From assembly GCA_965227065.1 (NCBI GenBank), contig CBDDFN010000009.1, positions 151,337-215,336 of the forward strand: 64,000 nucleotides of DNA, read 5' to 3'. The notes beneath the pieces are model-generated. The model was not told the origin of the DNA and made no database searches. It saw only the letters and a list, made by a program, of their open reading frames with translations. The DNA comes from Alphaproteobacteria bacterium. Its GTDB lineage: Bacteria; Pseudomonadota; Alphaproteobacteria; SPJN01. Both the position numbers and the translations under genes were made by a program. Of this stretch, positions 1 through 10,499 are shown one piece after another (position 1 is the stretch's first letter; each line of letters opens with the position of its first letter).

Positions 1-62
1 TCCCGCCGCTCACGCGCCGTCATATTGAACAGGCGCTGACCCCGGCGCAGCACTCCACCCAT

Positions 63-671
63 TTGATGGAACAGATCGCCGAGGCGCGCTTGCGCTCCGA
101 TGCCGATCTGGCGCCTGAATTGCGCGATCTGCTGCCGCCGCCTGAAAAACTCCGTCACGCAGCGGTTCTGGTGCCGATTGTGGAGCGGGCGGACGGGTTG
201 AAACTCCTGCTCACCGAGCGCTCGGCTGATCTGCCCAGCCATGCCGGTCAGGTTGCCTTTCCCGGCGGCCGCGTCGATGATGAGGATGACGGGCCGGTGG
301 CCGCAGCCCTGCGCGAAGCCGAAGAAGAGGTGGGGCTCAACCCCGGCTGGGTGGATGTGATCGGATTGCTGACCCCCTATCTGACCTCATCGGGTTTCAA
401 GATTTTGCCCGTGGTCGGCTTTGTTGAGCCCAAATTTACCCTTGATGAGCTTGTCTTGTCCCAAGCCGAAGTTGCCAAAGTGTTTGAAGTGCCGCTTGAG
501 TTTGTGATGAACCCCGCCAATCATGATCGCCATGAAGTCGAATTTCGCGGCCGGATGCGCCATTATTATGCCATGCCCTATGAGGGGCATTATATCTGGG
601 GAGCGACGGCGGGCATGCTGGTGAGTTTTTATGATGTGCTGATGGGCGAAGCTGCGCCCAAGCGGGCGTAA
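63..671 (+). CDS. Nudix hydrolase, CoA pyrophosphatase family
   Basis: Nudix box GGRVDDEDDGPVAAALREAEEEVGL (G-x5-E-x7-REUxEExGU). Length and context (upstream of cca) are typical of alphaproteobacterial CoA pyrophosphatases. Confidence 0.8.
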   Translation: MMEQIAEARLRSDADLAPELRDLLPPPEKLRHAAVLVPIVERADGLKLLLTERSADLPSHAGQVAFPGGRVDDEDDGPVAAALREAEEEVGLNPGWVDVIGLLTPYLTSSGFKILPVVGFVEPKFTLDELVLSQAEVAKVFEVPLEFVMNPANHDRHEVEFRGRMRHYYAMPYEGHYIWGATAGMLVSFYDVLMGEAAPKRA

Positions 672-673
672 TC

Positions 674-922
674 ATGCGCGGTGTTTTGCTTCATCTGGCG
701 CTGTTCTTTCTGCCCTTTGCAGCTTACGCGCTTTATCTGCTGTTGGCGCGCACCGGCACGCGGTTTGTTGATGGCCCGATGGCGCGGCTTACGCTGATCG
801 GGCTTGGGCTGGTCATTGTCTCGCTGATCGCGTTGGCGGCCTTTACCGGCGCGGACCCTGACAAGACCTATATCCCGCCAAGCTATGAGGACGGCGAAAT
901 CGTTCCCGGCCGGTTTGAGTGA
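674..922 (+). CDS. small hydrophobic membrane protein, hypothetical
   Basis: 82 aa ORF with two predicted TM helices, wedged between the nudix gene and cca with 2 to 4 nt overlaps. No recognisable domain. Confidence 0.4.
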   Translation: MRGVLLHLALFFLPFAAYALYLLLARTGTRFVDGPMARLTLIGLGLVIVSLIALAAFTGADPDKTYIPPSYEDGEIVPGRFE

Positions 923-2172
923 TGATGACCGTGTCTGAACCCGATGCGGTTCTGGCGCGGGCCTGGATCGAACAGCCCGGATGCCGGGCGGTGCTCAAGG
1001 CGCTTGATGCTGATGAGGGCAAGACCCGGATCGTCGGCGGGGCGGTGCGCGATGCGCTGCTGGGCCGGACGGTCAATGACATTGATCTTGCCACGCAATA
1101 TTTGCCCGAACAGGTGATCGCCAAGGTTGAGGCGGCGGGCCTGAAAGCCGTCCCCACCGGGCTTGATCATGGCACGATCACGGTCGTGTCCGATCACCAG
1201 CCTTATGAGGTGACGACGCTCAGGAAAGATGTCGAAACCGACGGGCGGCGGGCGACCATCGCCTATACCGACAATTGGTCGGATGATGCGCTGCGCCGCG
1301 ACTTCACCATGAATGCGCTTTATGCCGACCGCGACGGCCGGATTTATGACGCGGTTGGCGGGCGGGCTGATCTGGACCATCGCCGCTTGCGCTTTATCGG
1401 CGATGCCGAAACCCGCATCCGTGAAGATTATTTGCGCATCCTGCGGTTTTTCCGGTTTGCCAGCCAGATCGAGCCGCTGGCACTGGACCGCGCGGGGCTG
1501 ATGGCATGCGCGGACCTTGCCGGCGGCATGCGCGATTTGTCAGCTGAACGGGTTCAGGCGGAGCTTCTCAAATTGCTCGGCGGTCACGGGCCGGTTGATG
1601 CGCTGAGGCAAATGGCGGCCGCCAATATTTTGGGGCATGTCTTGCCCGAAGCGCGCTCCATGGCACGGCTCGAGGCGCTGGTGCGGGTCGAACGGGAGCG
1701 CTTGTTTGAAAGCGATCCCTTGCGCCGGTTTTACGTTTTGGCGGGCGCGCGGCATGCAGCGGATGTCGGGGCGCGCTTGCGCTTTTCCAACAAGATGCAG
1801 GATCGGCTCAAAGCAATGGCCATCGCTGAAGAGGTGCAGCGCGCGCACAAGCTGATCGCGCCGGTGATGGAAGTGGCGGCCATGCAGCGCGCCTTGCACA
1901 AGCTTGGCGCCCCGGCCTTCCGTGATCTGGTGATTTTTCTGTGGGCTGAAGATCAGGGCGATGGCCGGGAAAATCTGTGGCGGGCCTTGCTTGCCCATGC
2001 CGATGTCTGGCAGCCGCGCAATTTGCCGGTGAGCGGCGAGGATATTATGGCGGCCGGTGTGAAACCGGGCCCCCAGGTCGGCCAGCTTTTGTCGCTGCTT
2101 GATGACTGGTGGTGCGAAAACGGATTTCCTGACCGCGAGGCCGTTCTCGCCCGGCTTTTTGAGCTTGTTTAA
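919..2172 (+). CDS. cca: CCA tRNA nucleotidyltransferase / poly(A) polymerase family
   Basis: N-terminal pol-beta nucleotidyltransferase motif [20 protein letters not shown]. 417 aa. Confidence 0.8.
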   Translation: MMMTVSEPDAVLARAWIEQPGCRAVLKALDADEGKTRIVGGAVRDALLGRTVNDIDLATQYLPEQVIAKVEAAGLKAVPTGLDHGTITVVSDHQPYEVTTLRKDVETDGRRATIAYTDNWSDDALRRDFTMNALYADRDGRIYDAVGGRADLDHRRLRFIGDAETRIREDYLRILRFFRFASQIEPLALDRAGLMACADLAGGMRDLSAERVQAELLKLLGGHGPVDALRQMAAANILGHVLPEARSMARLEALVRVERERLFESDPLRRFYVLAGARHAADVGARLRFSNKMQDRLKAMAIAEEVQRAHKLIAPVMEVAAMQRALHKLGAPAFRDLVIFLWAEDQGDGRENLWRALLAHADVWQPRNLPVSGEDIMAAGVKPGPQVGQLLSLLDDWWCENGFPDREAVLARLFELV

Positions 2173-3008
2173 TCCCACTCGGCCATGGGCGGCAGGCTCA
2201 TCAAAATGGCGTCGGAATTGCCGCCGGTCATGATGCCGAAGCGGGTTCCCCGATCATGCAGCAGGTTGAATTCGACATAGCGGCCCCGCTTGAACGCCTG
2301 GCGCTTCTTGTCGGCCTCCGACACGTCCGATTGCCACCGCCTGCGCACAAGCTTGGGGTAGATGTCCCAGAAGGCTTCGCCGACGGCCTGGGTGAACGCA
2401 AAGTCGGTGTCCCAATCGCCTGTGTTGTGCCGGTCATAAAAAATGCCGCCGACACCGCGCGGCTCATTGCGGTGGGGGATGAAGAAATATTCTTCCGCCC
2501 ATTGTTTGAAGCGCGGATAATAGTCCGAATCAAAGCGGTCGCAGGCCGCCTTGAGGGCGGCGTGAAAGGCTTGTGTGTCTTCATCATATTCAATGATCGA
2601 ATTGAGATCGGCCCCGCCGCCGAACCACCAATCGGTGGTGACGATCATGCGGGTGTTCATGTGAACCGGCGGCACATGCGGATTGGCCATATGGGCGACC
2701 AGCGAGATACCGCTGGCCCAGAAGCGCGGGTCTTTGTCTGCGCCGGGGATTTCCTTGGCGAAGGCGTCGGAAAATGCGCCATGCACGGTTGAGACATTGA
2801 CACCGACTTTTTCAAACACCCGGCCTTTCATCTGGCCCATGGTGCCGCCACCACCACCCTCGCGCGCCCAGTCGGTATAGACAAATTTTCCCGGCTCGCC
2901 GGGGCCGTCAAAATCGATTTCGATTTGTTCAAAGGCGGCGCAAATCCGGTCGCGCAATGTGCGGAACCAAAGGGCTGCGGTTTCCTTGCGGGTTTCAATG
3001 TCGGTCAT
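2169..3008 (-). CDS. hemF: oxygen-dependent coproporphyrinogen III oxidase
   Basis: Full-length HemF-like sequence ([12 protein letters not shown]...WWFGGGADL...[13 protein letters not shown]). 279 aa. Confidence 0.9.
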   Translation of the reverse strand: MTDIETRKETAALWFRTLRDRICAAFEQIEIDFDGPGEPGKFVYTDWAREGGGGGTMGQMKGRVFEKVGVNVSTVHGAFSDAFAKEIPGADKDPRFWASGISLVAHMANPHVPPVHMNTRMIVTTDWWFGGGADLNSIIEYDEDTQAFHAALKAACDRFDSDYYPRFKQWAEEYFFIPHRNEPRGVGGIFYDRHNTGDWDTDFAFTQAVGEAFWDIYPKLVRRRWQSDVSEADKKRQAFKRGRYVEFNLLHDRGTRFGIMTGGNSDAILMSLPPMAEWD

Positions 3009-3478
3009 TTAGGAAATCCATCAAGTTGGCGCAGCGCTTCGCCGGCCACCATGGCCGCTGTCACCGCCACGTTCAAGGAGCGGGTGCCGGCCGCCATGGG
3101 AACCGTCAGCCGCGCAGCAGCGGCGTCATGCACATGGTCGGGAACGCCCGCACTTTCCCGGCCCAGAAGGATCGCATCATCGGCTGCGAATCGGTGCGCG
3201 GTGTAGGGCTCAGCCGCCTTCGTTGTGAGCAGCACAAGCCGCCGCGCCCCTAATTTTTCAACAAAGCCATCCCAGCTTGCGTGCCGGATGAGGGCGGCGC
3301 GGTCGAGATAATCCATGCCCGAACGCTTCAATCCGTGGTCCGACAGCACAAAGCCGCACGGCTCAATCACCTCCACAGCCATCCCCAGACAAGCGCCCAA
3401 ACGCAAAATAGTCCCGGTATTCTGCGGAATATCGGGTTCAAACAGGCACAAGGAGGGACGGGGCGTCGCAGTCATCAT
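3005..3478 (-). CDS. trmL: tRNA (cytidine/uridine-2'-O)-methyltransferase TrmL (SpoU family)
   Basis: The C-terminal about 156 aa of the track ORF carry SpoU/TrmL motifs ([18 protein letters not shown]...[10 protein letters not shown]...[10 protein letters not shown]). The true start is taken at MMTATPRPS (ATG at 3476-3478); the longer 364 aa ORF is a high-GC artefact. The stop overlaps the hemF start. Confidence 0.8.
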   Translation of the reverse strand: MMTATPRPSLCLFEPDIPQNTGTILRLGACLGMAVEVIEPCGFVLSDHGLKRSGMDYLDRAALIRHASWDGFVEKLGARRLVLLTTKAAEPYTAHRFAADDAILLGRESAGVPDHVHDAAAARLTVPMAAGTRSLNVAVTAAMVAGEALRQLDGFPK

Positions 3479-3649
3479 CGCCGCATATCCTTCCGGCGTA
3501 TGAAGGTCAAGAGCGTCGCGGAATTGCGGATTTGCAGTTTTGCGACACAGTGTCCCGCGATCTGGCCTGCGCTCTTGCCGCATCTGGACTTTCTTGTGTC
3601 CTAATGCCACAAACTGCGCCGGTTTGAGGAAAAAGCTGAGGGGAGCCGC

Positions 3650-4189
3650 ATGTCCGCCAATCACTCTGGCAACGCGACCCATGAGGGTGAAGAGCCGACC
3701 CGCCGCGACATTCTTTATGTCGGCACGGGCGCATTTGCAGCCGTCGGTGGCGCCGCCGCCGTATGGCCGTTGATTGATCAGATGAGCCCGGATGCCGGCG
3801 CGCTTGCGCTTGGTGCCACCGAGGTCAATCTGGGAAGCATGGAGCCGGGCCAGACCATCAAGGTCGAATGGCGCCGCAAGCCCGTGTTCATCACCCGCCG
3901 CACCAAAGAGGTGCAGGAAGAAATGGCGGCTGTCTCGCTTGGTGATCTGCCTGATCCCGAGGCTGACGATGCCCGTGTCGAAAATCCCGAATATCTCGTC
4001 GTCGTGGGCGTGTGCACCCATCTTGGCTGCATCCCGACGTCCGAGGACGGAGATTTCGGTGGCTGGTTCTGCCCCTGCCACGGTTCGCACTACGACCAAT
4101 CGGGCCGGATCCGTAAAGGTCCCGCACCGAAGAACCTCGAAGTGCCGCCTTATTCATTTACCTCCGATACCACCATCCGCATCGGGTAA
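3650..4189 (+). CDS. petA: ubiquinol-cytochrome c reductase Rieske iron-sulfur subunit
   Basis: Rieske motifs CTHLGC and CPCHGS, with an N-terminal TM anchor. First gene of petABC. Confidence 0.9.
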   Translation: MSANHSGNATHEGEEPTRRDILYVGTGAFAAVGGAAAVWPLIDQMSPDAGALALGATEVNLGSMEPGQTIKVEWRRKPVFITRRTKEVQEEMAAVSLGDLPDPEADDARVENPEYLVVVGVCTHLGCIPTSEDGDFGGWFCPCHGSHYDQSGRIRKGPAPKNLEVPPYSFTSDTTIRIG

Positions 4190-4201
4190 GGAGCAGAACC
4201 A

Positions 4202-5533
4202 ATGAGCACCGGAAACGGACCCAAGCGCGACTTTATCGAGCCCGGCCATCTGGCTGAGCCCTTCAAGTCCGATGTGAAAGCCGTCAACTGGCTCGAAAGC
4301 CGCCTGCCCATCATCTCGCTGATGTATGATGCCGGCGTGAGCTTCCCGAGCCCGCGTAACCTCAACTATTTCTGGACGTTTGGCGCGATCTTGAGCTTCA
4401 TGCTCGTCTTCCAGATCGTCACCGGCATTGTGCTTGTCATGCACTACACGCCGCATGTCGATTACGCCTTTGGTTCGATCGAGCATATCATGCGCGATGT
4501 GAACTATGGCTGGCTGATCCGCTATGCCCACGCCAATGGCGCGTCCTTCTTCTTTATCGCCGTTTATGTCCACATTTTCCGCGGCCTTTATTACGGCTCC
4601 TACAAGGCGCCCCGCGAAATTCTGTGGCTGATCGGCGTTGCGATCTATCTCGTCATGATGGCAACCGGCTTTATGGGCTATGTGCTGCCCTGGGGTCAGA
4701 TGAGCTTCTGGGGCGTGACCGTGATCACCAACTTCTTCTCGGCCATTCCGCTGGTGGGTGAAGACATTGTGATCTGGCTGCGCGGTGACTACACCGTCTA
4801 TAACGCCGCGCTGAACCGCTTCTTCAGCCTGCACTATCTGCTGCCCTTCGTGCTTGCCGGTCTGGTTGGCCTGCATATCTGGGCACTGCATGTGCCGGGG
4901 AACAACAACCCGCTTGGCATCGATATCAAAGGCAAACAGGACACGCTGCCCTTCTGGCCGTATTACACGATCAAGGATGCGTTCGGCCTGGTGGTCTTCC
5001 TGGTGATCTTCTTCGGTTTCATCTTCTATGCGCCGAACTATCTGGGTCACCCCGATAACTATATCGAGGCGGACAATCTCCAGACCCCGGCCCACATTGT
5101 GCCGGAATGGTATTACCTGCCTTTCTACGCCATGCTGCGGGCGGTGCCTGATATCTGGTTCATCCCCTCCAAGCTTGGCGGTGTGATTGCCATGTTCGGT
5201 TCGATCGCCATTCTGGCGTTCATTCCCTGGCTTGATACCAGCCGGGTGCGGTCAACAACCTTCCGTCCGGTCTATCGCTGGTTCTTCCTGATCCTGGTGG
5301 TGGATGTGCTGATGCTGGGTTGGCTGGGTGCGCAAGTGCCGAACGACACGCTTAACCTGATCGGCCTTGTGGGAACGATCTACTACTTCGCCCACTTCCT
5401 GGTCGTGATGCCGGTTGTCGGTATTCTTGAAAAGCCCAAGCCGTTGCCGACCTCGATTTCCGAGGAAGTGCTCGGCTCCGGTGGCGGGGGCGCACCAGCA
5501 GGTGCTGCCGCTTCGCCCGAGAAACGCGGTTAA
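4202..5533 (+). CDS. petB: cytochrome b
   Basis: 443 aa polytopic membrane protein with conserved cytochrome b heme-ligand histidines and the PEWY motif ([12 protein letters not shown]). Confidence 0.95.
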   Translation: MSTGNGPKRDFIEPGHLAEPFKSDVKAVNWLESRLPIISLMYDAGVSFPSPRNLNYFWTFGAILSFMLVFQIVTGIVLVMHYTPHVDYAFGSIEHIMRDVNYGWLIRYAHANGASFFFIAVYVHIFRGLYYGSYKAPREILWLIGVAIYLVMMATGFMGYVLPWGQMSFWGVTVITNFFSAIPLVGEDIVIWLRGDYTVYNAALNRFFSLHYLLPFVLAGLVGLHIWALHVPGNNNPLGIDIKGKQDTLPFWPYYTIKDAFGLVVFLVIFFGFIFYAPNYLGHPDNYIEADNLQTPAHIVPEWYYLPFYAMLRAVPDIWFIPSKLGGVIAMFGSIAILAFIPWLDTSRVRSTTFRPVYRWFFLILVVDVLMLGWLGAQVPNDTLNLIGLVGTIYYFAHFLVVMPVVGILEKPKPLPTSISEEVLGSGGGGAPAGAAASPEKRG

Positions 5534-5544
5534 GGAGAGAGACG

Positions 5545-6348
5545 ATGAAACACACCATCGCCAAAACGCTTGCCGCGCTTTCGCTGACGCTGGGTTTGGC
5601 GGCCCCCTTGCAGGCCGCCGACGCACCGCCGGTGCCCGCCCAGGACTGGTCGTTCAACGGTGTCTTCGGCACTTTTGACCGGGCTTCCCTGCAACGCGGT
5701 TTTCAGGTCTATCAACAGGTTTGCGGCGCGTGCCACAGCCTTGATTATGTCGCTTTCCGCACGCTGGGCGGTCCGTCGGGTTCGGCCAAAGGCGGTCCGG
5801 GCTTCTCGGAAGCCCAGATGAAGGCGATTGCCGCGAGCTATTCGATTGCCGATCTGGATGATGACGGTGAAGTGATTGACCGGCCGGGTAAGCCTTCAGA
5901 CAAGTTCCCCAGCCCGTTCCCCAACAAGAAGGCCGCTGCTGCCGCCAATAATGGCAAGGCGCCGCCGGATCTGTCGTTGATGGCCAAGGCCCGCATGGGC
6001 GGCCCGGACTATATCTTTGCGCTTTTGACGGGCTACAAGGATGAAGCGCCGCATAGCGAAGACGGACACGGCATCACGGTTCCCGATGGGGCGTATTACA
6101 ATGAGTATTTCCCCGGCCATGTGATTGCGATGGCACCGCCTTTGTTCGACGATATGGTCGAATATCAGGACGGCACGCCGGCAACTGTTGAGCAGATGTC
6201 CCGCGATGTCAGCCACTTCCTGATGTGGACGGCTGAACCGAAGCTGGAACAACGCAAAGGACTGGGCGTGCGCGTGCTCGGCTTCCTGATCATTCTGTCG
6301 GTTCTGATGTTCCTGGTGAAAAAGAAAGTGTGGCGCGACGCGCACTAA
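5545..6348 (+). CDS. petC: cytochrome c1
   Basis: Signal peptide, CGACH heme-binding motif, and a C-terminal TM anchor. Confidence 0.9.
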   Translation: MKHTIAKTLAALSLTLGLAAPLQAADAPPVPAQDWSFNGVFGTFDRASLQRGFQVYQQVCGACHSLDYVAFRTLGGPSGSAKGGPGFSEAQMKAIAASYSIADLDDDGEVIDRPGKPSDKFPSPFPNKKAAAAANNGKAPPDLSLMAKARMGGPDYIFALLTGYKDEAPHSEDGHGITVPDGAYYNEYFPGHVIAMAPPLFDDMVEYQDGTPATVEQMSRDVSHFLMWTAEPKLEQRKGLGVRVLGFLIILSVLMFLVKKKVWRDAH

Positions 6349-6378
6349 GCGGCCGTGCCTTGACGACGATTCAAAGGG

Positions 6379-6416
6379 GCTGTCCGATGGGATGGCCCCT
6401 TTTTGCGATAAGGATC
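6379..6416 (+). terminator. rho-independent terminator after petC
   Basis: GC stem AAAGGGGC...GCCCCTTTTT followed by a T-run immediately after the petC stop. Confidence 0.5.
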
Positions 6417-6421
6417 GGGTG

Positions 6422-7294
6422 ATGAAACCAGTGATCGGAATTCTGGGCGGCTCTGGCGTCTATGACATGGATGGTCTTGAAGGGGCGGAATGGCGCGCGG
6501 TTGAAACACCGTGGGGCATGCCCTCTGATGAGTTGTTGTTTGGCAGCTTTGCCGGGGTTGATCTGATCTTTCTGCCCCGTCATGGCCGCGGCCATCGTTT
6601 GAGCCCCAGCGGGATCAATTACCGGGCCAATATTGATGCGCTCAAGCGCTGCGGCGTGACCGACATTCTGTCGGTGTCGGCGTGCGGCTCGTTCCGCGAA
6701 GAGCTGTCACCGGGCACCTTTGTGATTGTTGATCAGTTTGTTGACCGCACCTTTGCGCGCGACAAAAGCTTTTTCGGTGACGGGCTTGTCGCCCATGTGT
6801 CGATGGCGCATCCGGTGTGCGCCCGGTTGGGCGATGCACTGCATGAGGCCGCGATTGAGGCGGGCATTCCGGTGCATCGCGGCGGGTGCTATCTCGCCAT
6901 GGAAGGCCCGCAATTTTCCAGCGGCGGGGAAAGCGCGCTTTACCGTTCCTGGGGCATGGACGTCATCGGCATGACCAACATGCCTGAGGCCAAGCTCGCA
7001 CGGGAAGCCGAAATTGATTATGCAACGGTCGCCATGGTGACAGACTATGATTGCTGGCATCCCGATCATGACAATGTTGATGTTGCTTCCGTCATCGCCA
7101 TTCTGGGCCAGAACGCGGCCAATGCGCAGGCGCTGGTAAAGGCTGTGGTTCCCAGGCTTGCGGATCGTCCCGAAACCTGCCCGCATGGCTGCGACACGGC
7201 CCTCGACAATGCCTTGATCACGGCACCCGAGGCGCGCGATCCTGTTCTGATCCAGAAGTTAAGCGCCGTTGCCGGCCGAGTATTGGGAGCGTAA
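6422..7294 (+). CDS. mtnP: S-methyl-5'-thioadenosine phosphorylase
   Basis: PNP/MTAP family signature VIGILGGSG...GVDLIFLPRHGRGH. Start set at MKPVIG (ATG 6422), because the longer track ORF begins inside the terminator hairpin. Confidence 0.85.
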   Translation: MKPVIGILGGSGVYDMDGLEGAEWRAVETPWGMPSDELLFGSFAGVDLIFLPRHGRGHRLSPSGINYRANIDALKRCGVTDILSVSACGSFREELSPGTFVIVDQFVDRTFARDKSFFGDGLVAHVSMAHPVCARLGDALHEAAIEAGIPVHRGGCYLAMEGPQFSSGGESALYRSWGMDVIGMTNMPEAKLAREAEIDYATVAMVTDYDCWHPDHDNVDVASVIAILGQNAANAQALVKAVVPRLADRPETCPHGCDTALDNALITAPEARDPVLIQKLSAVAGRVLGA

Positions 7295-7299
7295 GTGCC

Positions 7300-7830
7300 A
7301 TGGACATCAAATCTTTGATCCGAACCATTCCTGATTTCCCCAAGCCCGGCATCCAGTTCCGCGACATCACCACCCTGTTCGGGGACGCCGAAGGCTTCCG
7401 CTATACGGTTCTTGAGATGGCGGCACAGGCACAAAATTTCGGCCGCTTTGATCTGGTGGCGGGCATTGAGGCGCGCGGCTTCATTTTGGGCGGTTCCATC
7501 GCGGCGGAGCTCAACACAGGCTTCATCCCGGTGCGCAAGAAAGGCAAACTGCCCGGCGACACGATCGCGCAAGATTATGATCTGGAATATGGCACCGACA
7601 CGATCGAGATCCACACCGGCGCGATCAAACCGGGCCAGCGCGTGCTGCTGATTGATGATCTGATCGCCACCGGCGGGACGGCCGCAGCTGCATTTCAGCT
7701 GTTGACCGAGGCGGGGGCCGAAGTGCCGCTCGCCAGCTTTGTGATTGATCTGCCCGCGCTTGGGGGCACGAAAAAGCTTGAGGCGCTGGGTCTTGCGGTC
7801 CAGACCCTGATGGAGTTTGAAGGCGATTGA
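7300..7830 (+). CDS. apt: adenine phosphoribosyltransferase
   Basis: PRTase motif VLLIDDLIATGGT and N-terminal IPDFPKPGIQFRDIT. Confidence 0.9.
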   Translation: MDIKSLIRTIPDFPKPGIQFRDITTLFGDAEGFRYTVLEMAAQAQNFGRFDLVAGIEARGFILGGSIAAELNTGFIPVRKKGKLPGDTIAQDYDLEYGTDTIEIHTGAIKPGQRVLLIDDLIATGGTAAAAFQLLTEAGAEVPLASFVIDLPALGGTKKLEALGLAVQTLMEFEGD

Positions 7831-8579
7831 TGAACCGCATACCTGAGAACAGACTGCCACCTATTCCGAGCTCCCGGACGCTGCTGGATTTCCAGATGCG
7901 AATAATCTGGGATAAAGAATTCAGAGAATATGTTTGTACCGAGGAATGGATAGAAAAAACTTCGAAGATCGCTGATGAGAATATTAGGAGGTACAAAAGA
8001 AATGTATTATGGATTGTTATTGTTGCGAGTGTAAATTTTTATGTATCATATGTTTCGCCACAAGAATTAAAAACAACTTTTGGCAATGTGATATTGTTCG
8101 AAAATATTGAAATATTATTATCATTCACTTTTTCTGTCATTTTGTATAATGCGCTGAATTTGCATTTTTCGTCAAAAACGCAATATGCCTGTGTTATGGC
8201 AGCCGCAAGTCAAATGGCAGACGATGCTGACCTAAAATACATTAATTTGGTTGGAATTTTAGGAGAGCCGAGAGCATTTCGATTGCATTCAAAGCTTGCG
8301 AATCCAAGTAAAATAGAAGAAATTTCTCGCTTATGGTCTGGTATAGTAGATTATTATTTTATTTTATTATCAATAAACTTAAGCGCTTTATTGGTCGTTA
8401 TTTCGTTTGTAAATAATATACATTTTGGTGAGTGGTGGTCCGAGAACTTTTTTTGGTCGGCGCTATACTGTTTCGTCGTTCTTTTAATAGGGTCTGTTCT
8501 TTTGGTTTACAATTTGGGCTCATGGACTCGTATTTCCGCAAATGAGAAAAACGCTGAAAATTACAAAGACACAGTATGA
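7827..8579 (+). CDS. hypothetical multi-pass membrane protein encoded on a low-GC islet
   Basis: ORF whose body (about 7900-8545) is strikingly AT-rich, roughly 30% GC against a >60% GC background. About 4 predicted TM helices and no recognisable domain. Alternative in-frame ATG at 7896. The 3' end overlaps the yraN start by 38 nt. Confidence 0.5.
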   Translation: MMNRIPENRLPPIPSSRTLLDFQMRIIWDKEFREYVCTEEWIEKTSKIADENIRRYKRNVLWIVIVASVNFYVSYVSPQELKTTFGNVILFENIEILLSFTFSVILYNALNLHFSSKTQYACVMAAASQMADDADLKYINLVGILGEPRAFRLHSKLANPSKIEEISRLWSGIVDYYFILLSINLSALLVVISFVNNIHFGEWWSENFFWSALYCFVVLLIGSVLLVYNLGSWTRISANEKNAENYKDTV

Positions 8580-8916
8580 AACAGGTCTGGACGCCGAAGA
8601 CGAAGCCGCCCGCTTTCTGAACGCTCAGGGCTTTGCCGTTCTGGACCGGCGCTGGAAATGCAAGGATGGTGAGCTTGATCTTGTCGTCGCTTCAAAGGGC
8701 CTGATTGTCTTTGTCGAGGTGAAAGCCCGGGCCGATCAATCGGCCGGTCAAGCCGCGCTCGAACGGCTGGGCGCCGATCATGCCCGCCTGTTGGCCGCAG
8801 CCGAGCAATGGATTGCCGCCCATCCTGAAGCCTGTGAGGGCCGCGACATGCGCTTTGACGTGGTGTTGATCGTGCCGGGCGAACCCGTCACCCATGTCGA
8901 GAATGCGTTTGTTTAG
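8542..8916 (+). CDS. yraN: YraN family (UPF0102) predicted endonuclease
   Basis: Conserved core GFAVLDRRWKCKDGELDLVV...VFVEVKAR...FDVVLI. The first about 15 codons lie inside the AT-rich islet. Confidence 0.75.
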   Translation: MRKTLKITKTQYETGLDAEDEAARFLNAQGFAVLDRRWKCKDGELDLVVASKGLIVFVEVKARADQSAGQAALERLGADHARLLAAAEQWIAAHPEACEGRDMRFDVVLIVPGEPVTHVENAFV

Positions 8917-9572
8917 CTGTTCGCCGCAAAAAATTCTTTCGTTCGGCCCCACGCCAGTGTGGCAGCCGCCTCGTCATAGTGATCGGGCCGGTCGGACTGG
9001 AAGCCGTGATCGGCCCCCTCATAGATATGGATGGTAATTTCGGGATGCTTGACCCGCAGCCGCTCGACATCCTCAAGCGGGATGGTGGGATCTTTTTCGC
9101 CGAAATGGCACATCACGGGGCACTGCGGTGTCTCATTCATCAGATTGATGATTAAACGGCCATAATAGGGGGCTGAGGCGGCTACGCCTGAACAGCGGCA
9201 GGCGGCAAGCCATGATACCGCGCCACCAAAGCAAAAGCCGGTGACGAAGACCGGACCCTCAAGCGCATCGATGCAGGCCTGCATGTCCAAGGCTGTCTTG
9301 TCGAAACGGCCCGCGCAGGCGGTGGCGCGGGCAATCGCGTCCTGCAATTCATCCTGCGAATAGCCGGTTTGATAGTCGCGCACCTCGCGGTCATACAGTT
9401 GCGGGGCGATGACGTCATAGCCCTCAGCGGCCCAGCGGTCGGAAATTTCTTTGATATGGTCTGTGACGCCGAAAATCTCCATCACAAGGACAATACCGCC
9501 TTTGCGCGCGCCTTCAGCCGGGGCGCGATAGGCGCCAAGCTCAAATCCGTCGCTGGTTTGAAGGGTGATCAT
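8913..9572 (-). CDS. dienelactone hydrolase family protein
   Basis: DLH-fold motifs (VLVMEIFGV...GFCFGGA...). Start set at MITLQ (ATG 9572) because it forms an ATGA overlap with the stop of the upstream hotdog gene. The track ORF extends 23 aa further. Confidence 0.75.
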   Translation of the reverse strand: MITLQTSDGFELGAYRAPAEGARKGGIVLVMEIFGVTDHIKEISDRWAAEGYDVIAPQLYDREVRDYQTGYSQDELQDAIARATACAGRFDKTALDMQACIDALEGPVFVTGFCFGGAVSWLAACRCSGVAASAPYYGRLIINLMNETPQCPVMCHFGEKDPTIPLEDVERLRVKHPEITIHIYEGADHGFQSDRPDHYDEAAATLAWGRTKEFFAANS

Positions 9573-10054
9573 TTCGCCCATGATACTGTTTCTCCATCTT
9601 TGGGTTTGCGCAAAACCAGTCCCTGGCCGGTAAAGTGCCACACACGCTGCCCCTTTTCATTAAAGGCTTCATTGAGGCTGCGTGACAGGCCCATGGTGGG
9701 GCGGGATTTAAGCTCAATCCAGGGTTCCAGTGTGGAACGGTACGAGATCGTTTCCCCGGCATAGACCGGCGCGTCGGCCACCCAGTCGAAAAAGCCCGGC
9801 GAGGGGCCGTACGCCTCATTGATGCCCTCACGCGCATCGAGCAGCAGCCGCATCCACAGATTGGCGACATGAAGCGGCGAAGCGGTCAGCGCGCCGAACG
9901 GCCCCGACTTGGCCGCCTCGTCGTCGAGATAAAGCGGGCAGGGATCATAGGCCGCCGCATAGGCCTTGATCGCCTCGGCGGTGAAAGTGTAGCTGCCGAT
10001 TTCAGCGACGTCGCCGACCGGCATGTCTTCAAGATATTGCGTGAAGCGCTTCAT
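9569..10054 (-). CDS. MaoC-like (hotdog fold) dehydratase
   Basis: Hotdog/MaoC N-terminal-type sequence. Start at MKRFTQYL (ATG 10054), coupled by ATGA to the upstream hotdog gene stop. Confidence 0.7.
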   Translation of the reverse strand: MKRFTQYLEDMPVGDVAEIGSYTFTAEAIKAYAAAYDPCPLYLDDEAAKSGPFGALTASPLHVANLWMRLLLDAREGINEAYGPSPGFFDWVADAPVYAGETISYRSTLEPWIELKSRPTMGLSRSLNEAFNEKGQRVWHFTGQGLVLRKPKDGETVSWAK

Positions 10055-10494
10055 GCCGCGCCTCCCATGCGTACTTTCAAGGTCGCCTTGGTCAGCACCG
10101 TGCCGGTTTTCTGATCGCTCATCGAACACTCCAGCGTCAGCAGGCCAAAGCCGGGCAGGTCGGACGCCTTTTCACGCGCAATGATCTCGGCTTCAATCGA
10201 AAAAGGCGTGTCGGGATAGACCGGCTTTTGCCAGCGCAGTTCGGGAATTCCGGTCAGCCCGCCAAAGGCACTATCCTTGAAAATTTGCGACACCAGCGTG
10301 CTTTGAATGACGCTGATCGAGTGCCAGCCCGACGCGGCAAGCCCGCCCAGAATGGATTGCTTGCCCGCCTCTTCATCAAGATGCATGGGCTGGGGGTCAA
10401 ACTGGCTGGCATAGGCGATGATATCGGCCTTGCTCAAACCCGGTGCGGGGAGCGCAAAGCGCGCGCCCACCTCAAAATCAGCGATTGTTTTCAT
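10051..10494 (-). CDS. MaoC-like (hotdog fold) dehydratase
   Basis: 147 aa hotdog domain. First gene of a coupled three-gene operon. Confidence 0.7.
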   Translation of the reverse strand: MKTIADFEVGARFALPAPGLSKADIIAYASQFDPQPMHLDEEAGKQSILGGLAASGWHSISVIQSTLVSQIFKDSAFGGLTGIPELRWQKPVYPDTPFSIEAEIIAREKASDLPGFGLLTLECSMSDQKTGTVLTKATLKVRMGGAA

Positions 10495-10499
10495 CAGAC

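Noticed and set aside
3005-4099. 364 aa ORF spanning the trmL gene plus about 200 upstream codons
   Set aside because: Only the C-terminal about 156 aa carry SpoU/TrmL motifs. The upstream extension runs antisense to the petA promoter region and has no domain, a typical high-GC open-frame artefact. The gene was trimmed to ATG 3478.
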